Source: a virus
Lineage: Duplodnaviria; Caudoviricetes
Strand: one strand, 5' to 3'
Length of the DNA: 58,125 nucleotides
IMG/VR virus record: IMGVR_UViG_3300020470_004573
Span: 1-58,125 of that record
Every line of letters starts with the position of its first letter. Position 1 is the first letter of the stretch. Of the stretch, positions 8,767 through 20,600 are shown piece by piece. The notes under the pieces were generated by a model, which was given only the letters and a program-made list of their open reading frames with translations, was not told the origin of the DNA and searched no databases. The position numbers and the translations under genes were made by a program.

Positions 8767-11700
8767 TTATGGTTCAACTTTTAATCTATTACTTGTTCCA
8801 GTACCACCTACATCAACTGACCAGATAGCACCATTCTTATTTTCACTTTTTAATTGACCTGTTGGGTCGTTGTGAGTTAAATTTTCACCAGTTTCAATCG
8901 TACCTTTAGCTTGTTCTTCTATTAATCTTTTATCAATGTGATGACCAATCCAATTATCAGGATAAGTAATTTCACCAGTAGTATAATTTATATCTACTCT
9001 TGAAGTTCTACCTTGTTCAGAATTTTTAAAATGATTTGAATTTGATGTATCAAAATCTTCATATTCAAACATTTTATGCCCTTCACTCCAACCACCTTGT
9101 GTTTTTACTTTGACATTTATTTGTTTAGGTGTTCTACTACTTATAATTTCTGTATCTCCTATAAATTCACTAATAGCACCTCTTTCTTCAAAATAAGATT
9201 GTTCTTTTAAAGTGTAAGGATTAAGTTTAGCGAAATTATCATTATTACTTGAACCCCTATGTACATATTTATCTATAATTTCTTGTTGCATATTTGTTCC
9301 AATAACACTATCAAAGTTTGTATTACTATCTGTAGTGTTTCCTTGTAAATTACTTTGAACTTCACCACTTGGGATATAATTATCATTGGAAATTGATAAA
9401 GCAGTAGCTGTATCAACAGTTGATACTTGTGTATTTTCAGTAAGTCCAACTTGAGATTGAACATCAAGTACATCAGCAGAATAATCTACAAATACATCTC
9501 CACCAACAGTTGCATAATTTTCAGTTAAACCTCCAACTGAAGTATCTTGGGTAGGTTCAATTTCTATTTCAGATGATGACATATCAACAACTTCAGTAGA
9601 AGTATCTATGTTTCCACCAGTTCCAACATCTTGAGGTTCTGAAGATAATTCAACTAATTCAGTAGCTGTATCTATACTACCCTCTATAGTACTATCGGTA
9701 GATGATTCTAATTCCGTACCTGGAGTTTCTATAGCATTACTTTCGTAAATTTCATCAATTTGACTTACCATATTTATAGTATCTATAGTAGGAACAGTAT
9801 CCTCACTTACAACATTTAAATTACCAGTAAGACTTGTATCATTTATACCATAATCTTCTGTCATATCACCAATTATATTTTCAGAAATAGCTGAACTATT
9901 CATACTTTTATTTTCAGAAAGAGTTATAACAAATGAATTTTCATTTATAGCTTCACTGTTACTTGTATTTAAATTTATTTCATCAGAAGGACTGAATGTA
10001 AAATCAAGAATGTCTCCTTCATTATTAAAAATTGATGTTTCAATATATTCATTTTCATATGAAATATTATCTGTAGATTCTATAGAACTTTCAGATGTTG
10101 CTTCCATACTGTTTTGTACATTCTCATATATTTGGTCTAATGAACCTTCAGAAATAGTAATCATTTCTGTACCAGAATTTATATCAGTATTATCTGATAT
10201 TACGATTGTAGATTCAGGTGATATGTATAGTTCTTGAGAATCTAATGATGCTTGTAATTCATCTGTAAAATTTACATTTGATTCATAAGATTCTTGTTGT
10301 AATCCTGACATTCCGACTTCATCTTCAAGATGTGTAGTTCCTGATATAGGTTCATTTATTTCCGTAGAACCTATTCCGACATCTAAAACTTCGTCACCAT
10401 TAGTATTTACAAAAGTTTCTTGTAATGCCGAATCAGCAGTATTAAAATTGGTAAATTCTGTTGTTGAAAATTCTATTATACCTGCTTCTGCACCTTGAGA
10501 ACCACCACCTGTTCCGAAACCTATTTTATTTCTATGTAAAGAAACATTTTCAAGTGTTATCCCTTCATCCACTTCAACATTTTCTGGTAATATTTCTCTT
10601 AAAGCATCCCATAAATTTTTAGGAAATATTTTACTCATCCTTCTATTAAAATCATTTATATCAATAAAATCTTTTCCGAGTGTGTCATAAAATTTATTTC
10701 TCAAAGTATCTAAATCAGTATAATTCTCACCGTGAAAGTCAGAAGGAGTAGCTAATAATTGACCCATATCAACATCTGAAAAATTATCTGTTAAGAAATT
10801 ATCAAACAATGATGAAGGTGACAATCCAAATTTTACAACTGATTTTGGTTTTTGTTTTATATTACCAAATTCATCTCTATCAGGTTCATTTATTAAATTA
10901 TTATTATATAAACTCAACCCATTACTTTTAATATTAGGTGATGAACCTATGTTAACAGTTTTTGTACTTCTGTTATTACTTAAGTTTATGTTTCTTGGAT
11001 TAAATCTAAAAGTAGTTATTGTCTGTTTTCTAATACTTGGAGTTGTAAAACTATGTATACCAGATGATAAATCTTGATTCAGAGGATATACATTATTAGG
11101 AAATTGGTCTGTTACTCTTTTTGATATTTGTTGTGTTGTAGAATTAGAACCAAGTTGTTTAAAATCATATCTATAGTTAATTTCTTCAAAACCATACGGT
11201 GAAGAACCATTTGATGTATTATTAAAATTAAATACTCCGTTAAAAAAAGCACCAACATCTAAAGAACCACTTCTTGAAGAAATCATTCCTATAGAACCAG
11301 TAAAACTAGTTCCATAATGAGCTCTAAATCTATGATAAGCCAATGGTGGTACACCATCTTTGTAATTTTTAGCTAATGAACCTGTTAAAGTAAAACTTGA
11401 ACTATAAAAATTATCAATCTTATCACTATCATCACCTCTATGTGCAAGTCTCATCGTGTAACTACCTGTATGGTCAGCAGAAATTTCTGTTTGTTGTAAT
11501 TGAAGATGCCATAATTTCCTATTATCAGATTGATGTAGAGTAGGAACAGATATAGAATGACTTACAAAACTTGAACTTAAACTTCCTGTAAGTTGTGTAT
11601 TAAATGACCATTCAACCCAATGGCCAGATTGAGATGGTACTAACGATACTTTCCACATGTGTTGGTCTCTTACTCCAGATATATGTAACAAGTCTTGAGT

Positions 11701-14700
11701 TGATTTTTGGTCTGATGTTGAAAATATAAATGATAGTCCAGTTGAGTCTACTTCAAATATATCACTTACAGGTCTATCACCAGTAAAAGGTACACTAAAT
11801 CTATTATTATTACTATCAAAATTTAATAAATGTAAATCTTCTTTTCTTTCTTGATAGTTGTAATTATCACCAACTACACTTCTTAAACTAGCTGATTCTA
11901 AATTAACTAATCCAGGAGAAGATTGTATTGCCTGACTATCAGATGAAACTACATTTGATACTGTAAGTAAATCTGGTGGTATACCAAAAGTCGATAATAA
12001 AGCTCTTACAGAATTTTCAGTTCCTTTTGATTTATAAATGTAAATAAGATTATTTAAAATATGTCTCCAAATAGTACTTGTGACATCTTTATAAGATAAT
12101 CCTGCGGTTTCTTCACCGACATAATACTCTAATAAATTTTTAAAACTATTTGAATTTATAAACGACCAACCAAAATTATCACCTATATTTTTTAATAATA
12201 AATCAGGAACTGCTTTTTGTGGGTCATAATCTCTTGAATTTATATTTAAATAGTTATCAATATAATTTTTTAATACATCATACTGGTCACCCATTAGGGA
12301 CATAATTTTTTGAATTAATTTATTTTCATCTTCTTCTCGAACATGTCGAGGTAAATTCATAAATAAAGAATGAATATTATTACTATCATAATCTTTAGCT
12401 TTTGCTAATGATGAAGAATACCAATCTTGAACTATTTGAGAAGATGTAGAATATAAATGTGAAAATGGAATTACATCCGTTATACTACCAGTAGCATTTG
12501 AATAAGAAGCACTATACAGAGTGTCTTCTGTAAATATTTTTACATCTGTTATAAGAGATGATGTTAAAGGTGCATTATCATCAGAAGATGTTACATGATA
12601 TACTCTAAATAATTCACCGACTGGCATAACTGATTTATTTTCATAAGTTACATAAGGTTCTGTAAAAGTATTCATAAAAGTTGAATCTATTTCATAAGAA
12701 CCTGTGATAGAACTACCACTTAATATTTCAAAAGAATTTCCAGAAGTATCTTGAGCAGTTGTATCAGTTAATAAACCTGAATTTTCAGCTGGTCTCCAAT
12801 AAGATTGAGAAGCTGCATAAATATATCGATGCCAACTTCCAGTATATGTCATATTCGCAGTTGGGTTTACAATGTATTCTTGATTTAAACAATCAGGTGG
12901 TATATTAAAAGAACCTGATAAGTTTGAATTTTCCCATTCTGGATTTTCTTGCCATTTAGCTAAAAATGATAAGAAAAATTTTCCATTGTGACTTGACATT
13001 GGATAATCTTCAACACGATATTTATTTGTAAATATATCAGCTCTCCCATCTTGATTATCCATAGCTCTTCTTACAGTTAAGTTATCGATTGAACCAGAAA
13101 ATTCATTCGCAAAAATAGCTAATACATTATCTCCATTCTGACCTGCTGTATTATCTCCTTCTTGATATATATTTGTATTCGCAATTTCACCCTTTTGATA
13201 ACCCGTTGATGTAATTGTAAATGTTTTTGAACCACCCGTATAATTACCATTACCACCATAACCTAATTGAAATGTTAAATCACCATTAGCTTCTTTATCA
13301 ACTACTTGAAACTCTACAACATAATTTTTTCCTGATTCAAATGGAGCTAAACCTAATTGTTCACCCGCTGTAGTATACTCACTTGCAGTTATTTGATATA
13401 TTGGGTTTTGAGTTGAACCAGCATTAATGGTTTCTAATTTTCCTCTATCAACTCTCCAATTTGCAGTACTTGAACCAGTATACCAATAATCGTGAATATC
13501 TTCTTCAAATGAACCTGTATCAAAACTACTACTAACTACAACATTATCACCAACTGTAGAAACCTTATATACTAAATTAATTCCTTCAAAGTTTGTTAAT
13601 ACTTCACCATTACCATTTAAAGAATTAAAGTTTTCATTAAAACTACCAGTAATAGCAGGAACTTTACTATAATCTCTACCAGCATTTGGAAAAGAAGCAG
13701 TTGATTCAAAATCATAATACATCCATTTTTCAAAAGGTGTGAATCCAAGAATAGTATTATCTATTTTTGTAAATAAATTTTTTCTATGTGTAAAAGTTGA
13801 ATCTAAAGTTGATGAAGTTACTTCACCCAATGATGTACTTATTTCACTATAGTAATCTTCTATTTTTTTTACTTTTGAATAAAAGTTTTTTATTTTATGC
13901 TCAGCTGAACCAAAATGTGTATGGTTCGAAATTGAAGAATAATCTATGTTATTAACATCTAAACTAGATGAAAATATATTTTCTAATAATTTAGTTTTTT
14001 GTGTAGAAGTAATAGCTGTATCATTTATTATCTGATTGTAACTTTCAGCATCATCATTTAATTGAATTTCACTATCAGGTAAATTACCAATTGTTAAATA
14101 AGATGGTTTTGGGTCTTCGTGATATGCTTCAAAATAAGTTACTTCTTGTGTTTGTGAAGACCATATTTGTCTAACTAGTTGTATTTGGTCTAATACTTTT
14201 ATTAAATTTGGTACAGCATTATTAAATTTTAAAATTAAAGAATTTTTATCAAAAGATACTTCATCAAATGCATAATTAATAGCTCTTGTTAGATTAGCTT
14301 GTTTTCTATTTAAGATAAATAAATTAGCATCAAATTTACCATTTTCATCTAAATTTGTATTTTCAAAAGCTGTGAAAAAATCTTCTGTTAATTCCCAACT
14401 AGCGTTATCATCTTCTCCATCTGTATGTTTTGATAGTAATCTAATTTCTTTTCGAGAAGTTGATATTTCTTTAACTAAAAAACGAGGTTCAGTTAAATTA
14501 AAATTAAAAGTTTCTGTATCCCATAAATCTTGAACAAAATGAAAAGTAAATTTATATTTTCCTGTACCATAATCACCTCTTGGGTCTTTTTCAAGAATAT
14601 CATTAGGTTTGACAAATATATTACCTTGAGAATCTTTGTAATAAGGAACTTGAAGAACATCTGCCCAATCTTGTTTAGTATTGTCACAAGATATTTCGGC

Positions 14701-14961
14701 TTCACCATATTGTGTACCACCACACACAGGCTCACTTGTAGTCTCTACATCATAATATGGAACACCTTCACTATTTTGATAGATTGGCGTTCCGTCCCAT
14801 AAAGTGTCAGACCTAAAATGATTAAGAATTTTACCATTATCATTTTCAAGGGTAACACGCATATAATGGCCTTCATCAGGCTTCCATACAGTATATTGTA
14901 AATCTGGTTCTTTTATTAGATTTAATATATTATCTGGTAATGTGTTTTCTATATTTGGCAT
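8767..14961 (-). CDS. large baseplate/tail protein (2064 aa) with P2 gpI-like motif
   Basis: IYKSKGTENSVRALLSTFGI (KGT motif of gpI/gp7-like wedge proteins), CBM-like segment (ESGKNYVVEFQV...FSGSIDNLTV), acidic repetitive C-terminal third. Confidence 0.65.
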   Translation of the reverse strand: MPNIENTLPDNILNLIKEPDLQYTVWKPDEGHYMRVTLENDNGKILNHFRSDTLWDGTPIYQNSEGVPYYDVETTSEPVCGGTQYGEAEISCDNTKQDWADVLQVPYYKDSQGNIFVKPNDILEKDPRGDYGTGKYKFTFHFVQDLWDTETFNFNLTEPRFLVKEISTSRKEIRLLSKHTDGEDDNASWELTEDFFTAFENTNLDENGKFDANLFILNRKQANLTRAINYAFDEVSFDKNSLILKFNNAVPNLIKVLDQIQLVRQIWSSQTQEVTYFEAYHEDPKPSYLTIGNLPDSEIQLNDDAESYNQIINDTAITSTQKTKLLENIFSSSLDVNNIDYSSISNHTHFGSAEHKIKNFYSKVKKIEDYYSEISTSLGEVTSSTLDSTFTHRKNLFTKIDNTILGFTPFEKWMYYDFESTASFPNAGRDYSKVPAITGSFNENFNSLNGNGEVLTNFEGINLVYKVSTVGDNVVVSSSFDTGSFEEDIHDYWYTGSSTANWRVDRGKLETINAGSTQNPIYQITASEYTTAGEQLGLAPFESGKNYVVEFQVVDKEANGDLTFQLGYGGNGNYTGGSKTFTITSTGYQKGEIANTNIYQEGDNTAGQNGDNVLAIFANEFSGSIDNLTVRRAMDNQDGRADIFTNKYRVEDYPMSSHNGKFFLSFLAKWQENPEWENSNLSGSFNIPPDCLNQEYIVNPTANMTYTGSWHRYIYAASQSYWRPAENSGLLTDTTAQDTSGNSFEILSGSSITGSYEIDSTFMNTFTEPYVTYENKSVMPVGELFRVYHVTSSDDNAPLTSSLITDVKIFTEDTLYSASYSNATGSITDVIPFSHLYSTSSQIVQDWYSSSLAKAKDYDSNNIHSLFMNLPRHVREEDENKLIQKIMSLMGDQYDVLKNYIDNYLNINSRDYDPQKAVPDLLLKNIGDNFGWSFINSNSFKNLLEYYVGEETAGLSYKDVTSTIWRHILNNLIYIYKSKGTENSVRALLSTFGIPPDLLTVSNVVSSDSQAIQSSPGLVNLESASLRSVVGDNYNYQERKEDLHLLNFDSNNNRFSVPFTGDRPVSDIFEVDSTGLSFIFSTSDQKSTQDLLHISGVRDQHMWKVSLVPSQSGHWVEWSFNTQLTGSLSSSFVSHSISVPTLHQSDNRKLWHLQLQQTEISADHTGSYTMRLAHRGDDSDKIDNFYSSSFTLTGSLAKNYKDGVPPLAYHRFRAHYGTSFTGSIGMISSRSGSLDVGAFFNGVFNFNNTSNGSSPYGFEEINYRYDFKQLGSNSTTQQISKRVTDQFPNNVYPLNQDLSSGIHSFTTPSIRKQTITTFRFNPRNINLSNNRSTKTVNIGSSPNIKSNGLSLYNNNLINEPDRDEFGNIKQKPKSVVKFGLSPSSLFDNFLTDNFSDVDMGQLLATPSDFHGENYTDLDTLRNKFYDTLGKDFIDINDFNRRMSKIFPKNLWDALREILPENVEVDEGITLENVSLHRNKIGFGTGGGSQGAEAGIIEFSTTEFTNFNTADSALQETFVNTNGDEVLDVGIGSTEINEPISGTTHLEDEVGMSGLQQESYESNVNFTDELQASLDSQELYISPESTIVISDNTDINSGTEMITISEGSLDQIYENVQNSMEATSESSIESTDNISYENEYIETSIFNNEGDILDFTFSPSDEINLNTSNSEAINENSFVITLSENKSMNSSAISENIIGDMTEDYGINDTSLTGNLNVVSEDTVPTIDTINMVSQIDEIYESNAIETPGTELESSTDSTIEGSIDTATELVELSSEPQDVGTGGNIDTSTEVVDMSSSEIEIEPTQDTSVGGLTENYATVGGDVFVDYSADVLDVQSQVGLTENTQVSTVDTATALSISNDNYIPSGEVQSNLQGNTTDSNTNFDSVIGTNMQQEIIDKYVHRGSSNNDNFAKLNPYTLKEQSYFEERGAISEFIGDTEIISSRTPKQINVKVKTQGGWSEGHKMFEYEDFDTSNSNHFKNSEQGRTSRVDINYTTGEITYPDNWIGHHIDKRLIEEQAKGTIETGENLTHNDPTGQLKSENKNGAIWSVDVGGTGTSNRLKVEP

Positions 14962-14970
14962 CTTCTCTCT

Positions 14971-17694
14971 CTAAAATGATAAATCTTCTACATTAACAGC
15001 TGGTAATTCACTTGGGTCTTCTCGTGTAATAGGTTTATCAAATCCAGCTTTACTAACCTTATAATCACCTATTACTATTCCCCTATTGTCGTTACCACTA
15101 CTATCTTGAACAGTAATTCCATCTATATAATCAAAATTTAATTCACTAATACAAGATTCCATTAATGGCGTATTACTATTGTTACTTATAAATAGCGTAC
15201 CGACACAAGTTCCTTCAGGATAAGTTGGATTTTCTGCAAATCCTCCGACTTCATTTTCTAAATCATAAAATTTATTATACTCATTATAATTTACAAATGT
15301 TTGACCTGTGACCATACAACTACCACCATCTGGACAATCAGTTCCTTCAGGACTATAATCACAAAATCCTCCGTGATATTTATGATAGTATCCATCACCA
15401 CCACAAATCAGTAAATTATCTCCAGGTCTCATTTGACCTGGATAAACTCCCTCTTCACACTCTCCAAAAGTATCACTACAATTTAGAGTATTTCTTAATT
15501 CAGGTAACATTAATAAATCATTCATATCATACGGTTCTGTAAAATATCTAAATTGTGCTAAATCAACTTTACCAAGATGGTCACCTAACTCATCAAGATA
15601 TTGTCCAGGTGTGTTAGCATATGCTTGTAGTGATTGTCCTTCTCTCACAATTTCATGTTCACTAAAAAAATTATCTTTAACTAAACTTTTTGTACTTTGA
15701 ACATATTGACTTGTTCTTGATATACCACCTATTATTGGAGATGTTTCTGGCCAAGGTATGTAGGTGTAATCATTTCCACCCAAATCACTAAAATCTTCGA
15801 CATAAGCATTATCACTATTCAAATTAATTTTTATAGTTACAGCTTTCCATCTCAAAGTTTGAATCCAATCATTACCAGCATTGAAAACTTTATTTGGATT
15901 TCTAATATAACTAAATACTATTGCTTTAATAATTTTTATACCAGGAGTAGTATACTCGTGACTTGCAAAATTATATCGCCAACCTTCAGTATCTCCTTCA
16001 GTCCAATTATTATGGTTGGAATCATAATAATAAAATAAATCAACTATGTCATGTGTACCTTCTTCTTGCATCAATAATAATTCAGTATATGTTTGTGGAA
16101 AGTTTTGCATTATATCTACCCAATCGATATCGGTGTTTATAGCATTCCAATCAGTAACAAAAAACATAAATCTTTGATTTTTTAGTATACTATCATTTAT
16201 TTCAATATAATCTAATCCTGTTTGTTTTGTATACCCATCTAAATAATCTGGAAACCAAGCCGCAGAATCTTCCGCTATTCTAAAAGTTAAATCGATAATA
16301 TTTGGAGCAGTTGTGTATACATAATCGTCACCATACTCATAAAAACTTTGTAAATCATAATCCCAACTTTCAGAAACTGAAACATAACTAATTGGTCTAA
16401 ATTGTAACACATCACTTCTTCTCGATAAAAAAGATGCATCAGAATCCGTATAAAATGGCATTTCATTTACACCATATTCTAAACTACCAGTTGAAAAGAA
16501 AGACATATAATTAATATCAGTATTAGGATTTAAATTTATAAATTCGGGTTGAGAAGCTACATTAACATAAGTCGAATCTAAATTAGAAGGATAATTTTCC
16601 AGTAAATATGCCTCGTCATCTAAACCACTTAAAGTTATTACTAATCCATCTACTTCATAAGCCGCACTTTTTTTATCATCACCGAACCACCCACCTTCAT
16701 CTGATTCAGTTCCGTGATTATCTTGTCTTGTAGGTGGAAGAGGAAAAGTATAAGTAGGACTTACATCATTCTTAGTATATGAACCTGAAACAAAGTTATT
16801 ATCCTTATCACGATAACCTGGTTTTGCAGTTATGAGCCATCCAGGATTACCCCATTTAAGAGTTACACTTGGTATACCTCTATTTGTCATTAAATCATAA
16901 AAATATTTTTTAGGTATTTTAAATTTTTGAAATGACCTATTTCTCCTATCTTTATTACAATATCCAGTTTCTTCAGCGTTACCATGCATTTTTATAACAA
17001 TCCATATATTAGAATCATCACCTATTCTCTGAACCTTGTCTGAAAAATTTTGCATGTCATCACTAAAAACTTGTGTAGGATTAAATTGGTTACATACAGA
17101 ACTACCTAATTCGATTTCAGATGGTCTATTTATATTATTAATTGATAGCTCTGACCAAGTTCCTCCAGTACTATGGTCTCCACAACAATCACACCCATCC
17201 CAATGTTCTATACCTTCTCTAGTACTACAAGTTCCGTGTTCTATACCAAAATTATTATCACCAAAACAAACATCACCTTCACCAGAATCGTGATTGTGAC
17301 AACCTTCATTCCATCTTAAAGGACCGAACAATTTATTTTCGTTATTACAATATCCGTCTATAATTCCACCATCTTCTTCATCAGCAATAAAAGGACTTAC
17401 ATCTTCATCAAAAATATGAACATATAGTTTACCATCTACAGTGTCATAGTTTTGTCTATTGTTTAAAAATATTTCATTGATTGTAAGTTTAAGTCCTTTC
17501 CAAGGCCACATAAAACCAGGATATGTAGAAATACCTAATTCATTTAGATATGTTCCTTCACTTAAAGAAAATAATTCTCTATTACCCTTAATAGAAGTAT
17601 CCATTATAGTTCCATATTCAGTATTAAAATTATACTGACCATTTGCTCCTCTATAAGGTTTCTGTCTATGTATTATTTTATCAAAATCTGCCAT
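14971..17694 (-). CDS. virion protein (907 aa), C-terminus paralogous to the 6224-aa protein
   Basis: HEYTTPGIK, GGNDYTYIP...IIGGIS, LGKVDLAQFRYF, QDSSGNDNRGIVIGDY shared with the upstream giant protein. Confidence 0.6.
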   Translation of the reverse strand: MADFDKIIHRQKPYRGANGQYNFNTEYGTIMDTSIKGNRELFSLSEGTYLNELGISTYPGFMWPWKGLKLTINEIFLNNRQNYDTVDGKLYVHIFDEDVSPFIADEEDGGIIDGYCNNENKLFGPLRWNEGCHNHDSGEGDVCFGDNNFGIEHGTCSTREGIEHWDGCDCCGDHSTGGTWSELSINNINRPSEIELGSSVCNQFNPTQVFSDDMQNFSDKVQRIGDDSNIWIVIKMHGNAEETGYCNKDRRNRSFQKFKIPKKYFYDLMTNRGIPSVTLKWGNPGWLITAKPGYRDKDNNFVSGSYTKNDVSPTYTFPLPPTRQDNHGTESDEGGWFGDDKKSAAYEVDGLVITLSGLDDEAYLLENYPSNLDSTYVNVASQPEFINLNPNTDINYMSFFSTGSLEYGVNEMPFYTDSDASFLSRRSDVLQFRPISYVSVSESWDYDLQSFYEYGDDYVYTTAPNIIDLTFRIAEDSAAWFPDYLDGYTKQTGLDYIEINDSILKNQRFMFFVTDWNAINTDIDWVDIMQNFPQTYTELLLMQEEGTHDIVDLFYYYDSNHNNWTEGDTEGWRYNFASHEYTTPGIKIIKAIVFSYIRNPNKVFNAGNDWIQTLRWKAVTIKINLNSDNAYVEDFSDLGGNDYTYIPWPETSPIIGGISRTSQYVQSTKSLVKDNFFSEHEIVREGQSLQAYANTPGQYLDELGDHLGKVDLAQFRYFTEPYDMNDLLMLPELRNTLNCSDTFGECEEGVYPGQMRPGDNLLICGGDGYYHKYHGGFCDYSPEGTDCPDGGSCMVTGQTFVNYNEYNKFYDLENEVGGFAENPTYPEGTCVGTLFISNNSNTPLMESCISELNFDYIDGITVQDSSGNDNRGIVIGDYKVSKAGFDKPITREDPSELPAVNVEDLSF

Positions 17695-20600
17695 TAAAAT
17701 GCCTTCTCGTCACTAGTATTTTTCGATTCTATTATTATAGGATTTCTTTCTGGTTTTCTACCATCATCAAACTCTATCCTATAATCACCTACACCTAATC
17801 CTATGTTTTCATTTCCACTCTTGTCCTCTGAAAGTCCGCTGATAGATTGATTTAAGTCAGTATCTATTAATAAAGATGAGTCTTTATAATTACTATCAGT
17901 TACAGGTGATGTTAAATCTTTTTCATTCCACATTCTATTAGGAGGACCGAATGGGATTCTACCACTACCTTGCATAATTTGTGTAAAATTACCAAATCTA
18001 TCAACTCTTGGTAAAACTGGATAATAATATCCATCAATCCAACTTTGGTCGGATTCCTCATCTATAATTAGTTCTTCAGTTATTAAATTTGTTTTTTCTT
18101 TTATTGATAAATCCCAAACATAAATTGAACTATTTTGATTTATTCCCAAGAAACCAAGTGATTGAGTATCCCCATTAGGGTTGTAAACATATTCAAATTC
18201 ATATGGAACATAATTATATTCATTATAAAAAGTTAAAAATTGTATTTCTTGATATCCATTTTCATCTATAAATCTTACTTGAGGTGAATAGCTATCATTT
18301 ATTGTTCCTTCATAAAAAGCTTTACAACTAATAATATAAGTTTTACCTTCTTCCCAAGTATAATTACCAATAAATTGACCTGATGATTGTGGGTCATTGA
18401 AGTTTATAGAACTACCGGCAGTTTCATTTTTATCATTTTCTAAATGTGTAATTTTTATCATTTTAATTCCATCATATTCTTCTACACTATCTTTTTCAAT
18501 AAATTCAAAATCGGAAAAATAAGGATTAGGATTTAAGACAATATCTGAATTTACTAATTCATTATTTAAAAATGATTGTTGATTTAATGATACTCCAATT
18601 CTATCTTCAATTGTAAAATCTTTCGGTATAATATTTTTCCAATATCTATCAGAACTTGGATTTCCACCATAAGATTCTATACAATCAGTATAGTCAATAT
18701 CTTCTATCGTATATGGAGAAAGTGTATCTCCCAACTCAAGTTGAGCTCCCCATACATATAAAACATCACTTGTATTTCCAGGTTGGTCTCCACCAGGTCT
18801 ACCAAATGGTGAAACAATTTGTACATTAATATATTGTCCAAAAAGGTCAATATCTTGTGTAGTAAATGTTCCATATATTCTATGCCACTCACCAATCATA
18901 TCAGCATTTATTGTATTACTTATATCTACTGTTCTATGTCCAGCATATGTAACATCACCTTGATAATCCCATTGATTATCTTGATTCGCTATTCCACCAT
19001 CTATCGTATAACAACCTTGATAACAAGAATAATGTTCTATAGCTGAAGAATCATTAGGTACACATTCTGCACCATCCCATTCACAAAATATTCCCATATC
19101 ACACTCTTCTTCTAAAAATGTGTTACACCACTCTTTGTCGACTATACCATTAGGAGTTTGGTCTAAAAATTCTTGAGTAATACAATATTGAGATGTTGTT
19201 GGGTCACCATAAGTAATAATACCATTACCTTGATTATTACCATGTTGAGCCCAATCTGAATTATTACATACTTGATTTGCATTCATTCTAAATTCTGGTT
19301 GGTCAAGGTCTTCACCAACTTGATTTCCTTCAGGTATATAAACATATGTTGAAAATGTATATGTTTGTCCTTCTTTAAGATTTGGATTATAATGGTCTGA
19401 TAATGAACTCAAACCATTGTAATTTAATCCTTTACCCAATCCATCTTTTGTTATTTTAAATTTATATCCAAATCTAATATCGTTAGTATCTGTAGTACTA
19501 CTGACATCAAATAATTTTGTTGCAGTATTAGTTCCATCAGGTGCTAAAACTTCAGTTGTATTCCCTACATCCTGTGAGTGATTTCTATAATTCATTCCAG
19601 CTTCAGGATTATTTAAAGGAATTGTATCTACAGCACTGTATATATCACAATTAAAACCTAACATTTGCCACATATCAATTGGTTTAGTAAAGTATCTATT
19701 TTGTGACATATCAATATTACCTATATGATTACCAAATTCAGAATATTTTTGGAAATCACCTTGATTTATCTGAACTGTAGAAGAAGGGTTATTTAATGAA
19801 CCATATTGGTCTACACTTCCACTAAAGAATCCTTGAACTAATGATGAAGATAATTGTAAAGGAACATCATTAGAATTTTCATAAACATATGTTTTAATTT
19901 TATCATCACTTTGTATTTGTTCATTGAAAGAAAATATATGAGCACCTGAACCAGTAAACTTACTCATTTCTTCACCAATATAATCTTCTTTTAATAAAGC
20001 TAATGCATATTCAGATTCTAATCTATCATTGTAATTTTGAAAATTTAATTTAAATGGATTTTGTTCATCACCAACATATCCTAATTGTCTTTTTATAGAT
20101 TTAAAATAAATACTATCTTCTGATATACCACCAACAAATGGAGTACTATCATTGTAAGGAATAAAAGTATATCCAGCACCACCGACTTGTTCGTGTTCAT
20201 TTTCATAACCAATGTTTTTACTAACTTTAAATCTAACTAAAAATTTATGATGTTTATCTATTCCCATAACTCTACCAACTTGTGCTAATTCTTCAGGAAT
20301 ACCTACTTCATCACATTCATCACCACACGCATATAAACAACTTACATAAGATTCTGTTTCTTCGTATAAAGGCCAAACATTAAATCCAGAACAAGCATCT
20401 TGACAATAAGATTCGCAATCTGCAGGATTATATCTAACAACCCTAAACATTCTACCAGTCATTTCATATATTCCTGGTCTTTCGTAATTATGTGTTAATA
20501 CACTATCATATCCAAGTTGAAATGGTTCAGTATCATATTCCATACTTGTACCATCACCCCAATCTATAAAACCAACATAAAGATTTTCATTATAAACTAA

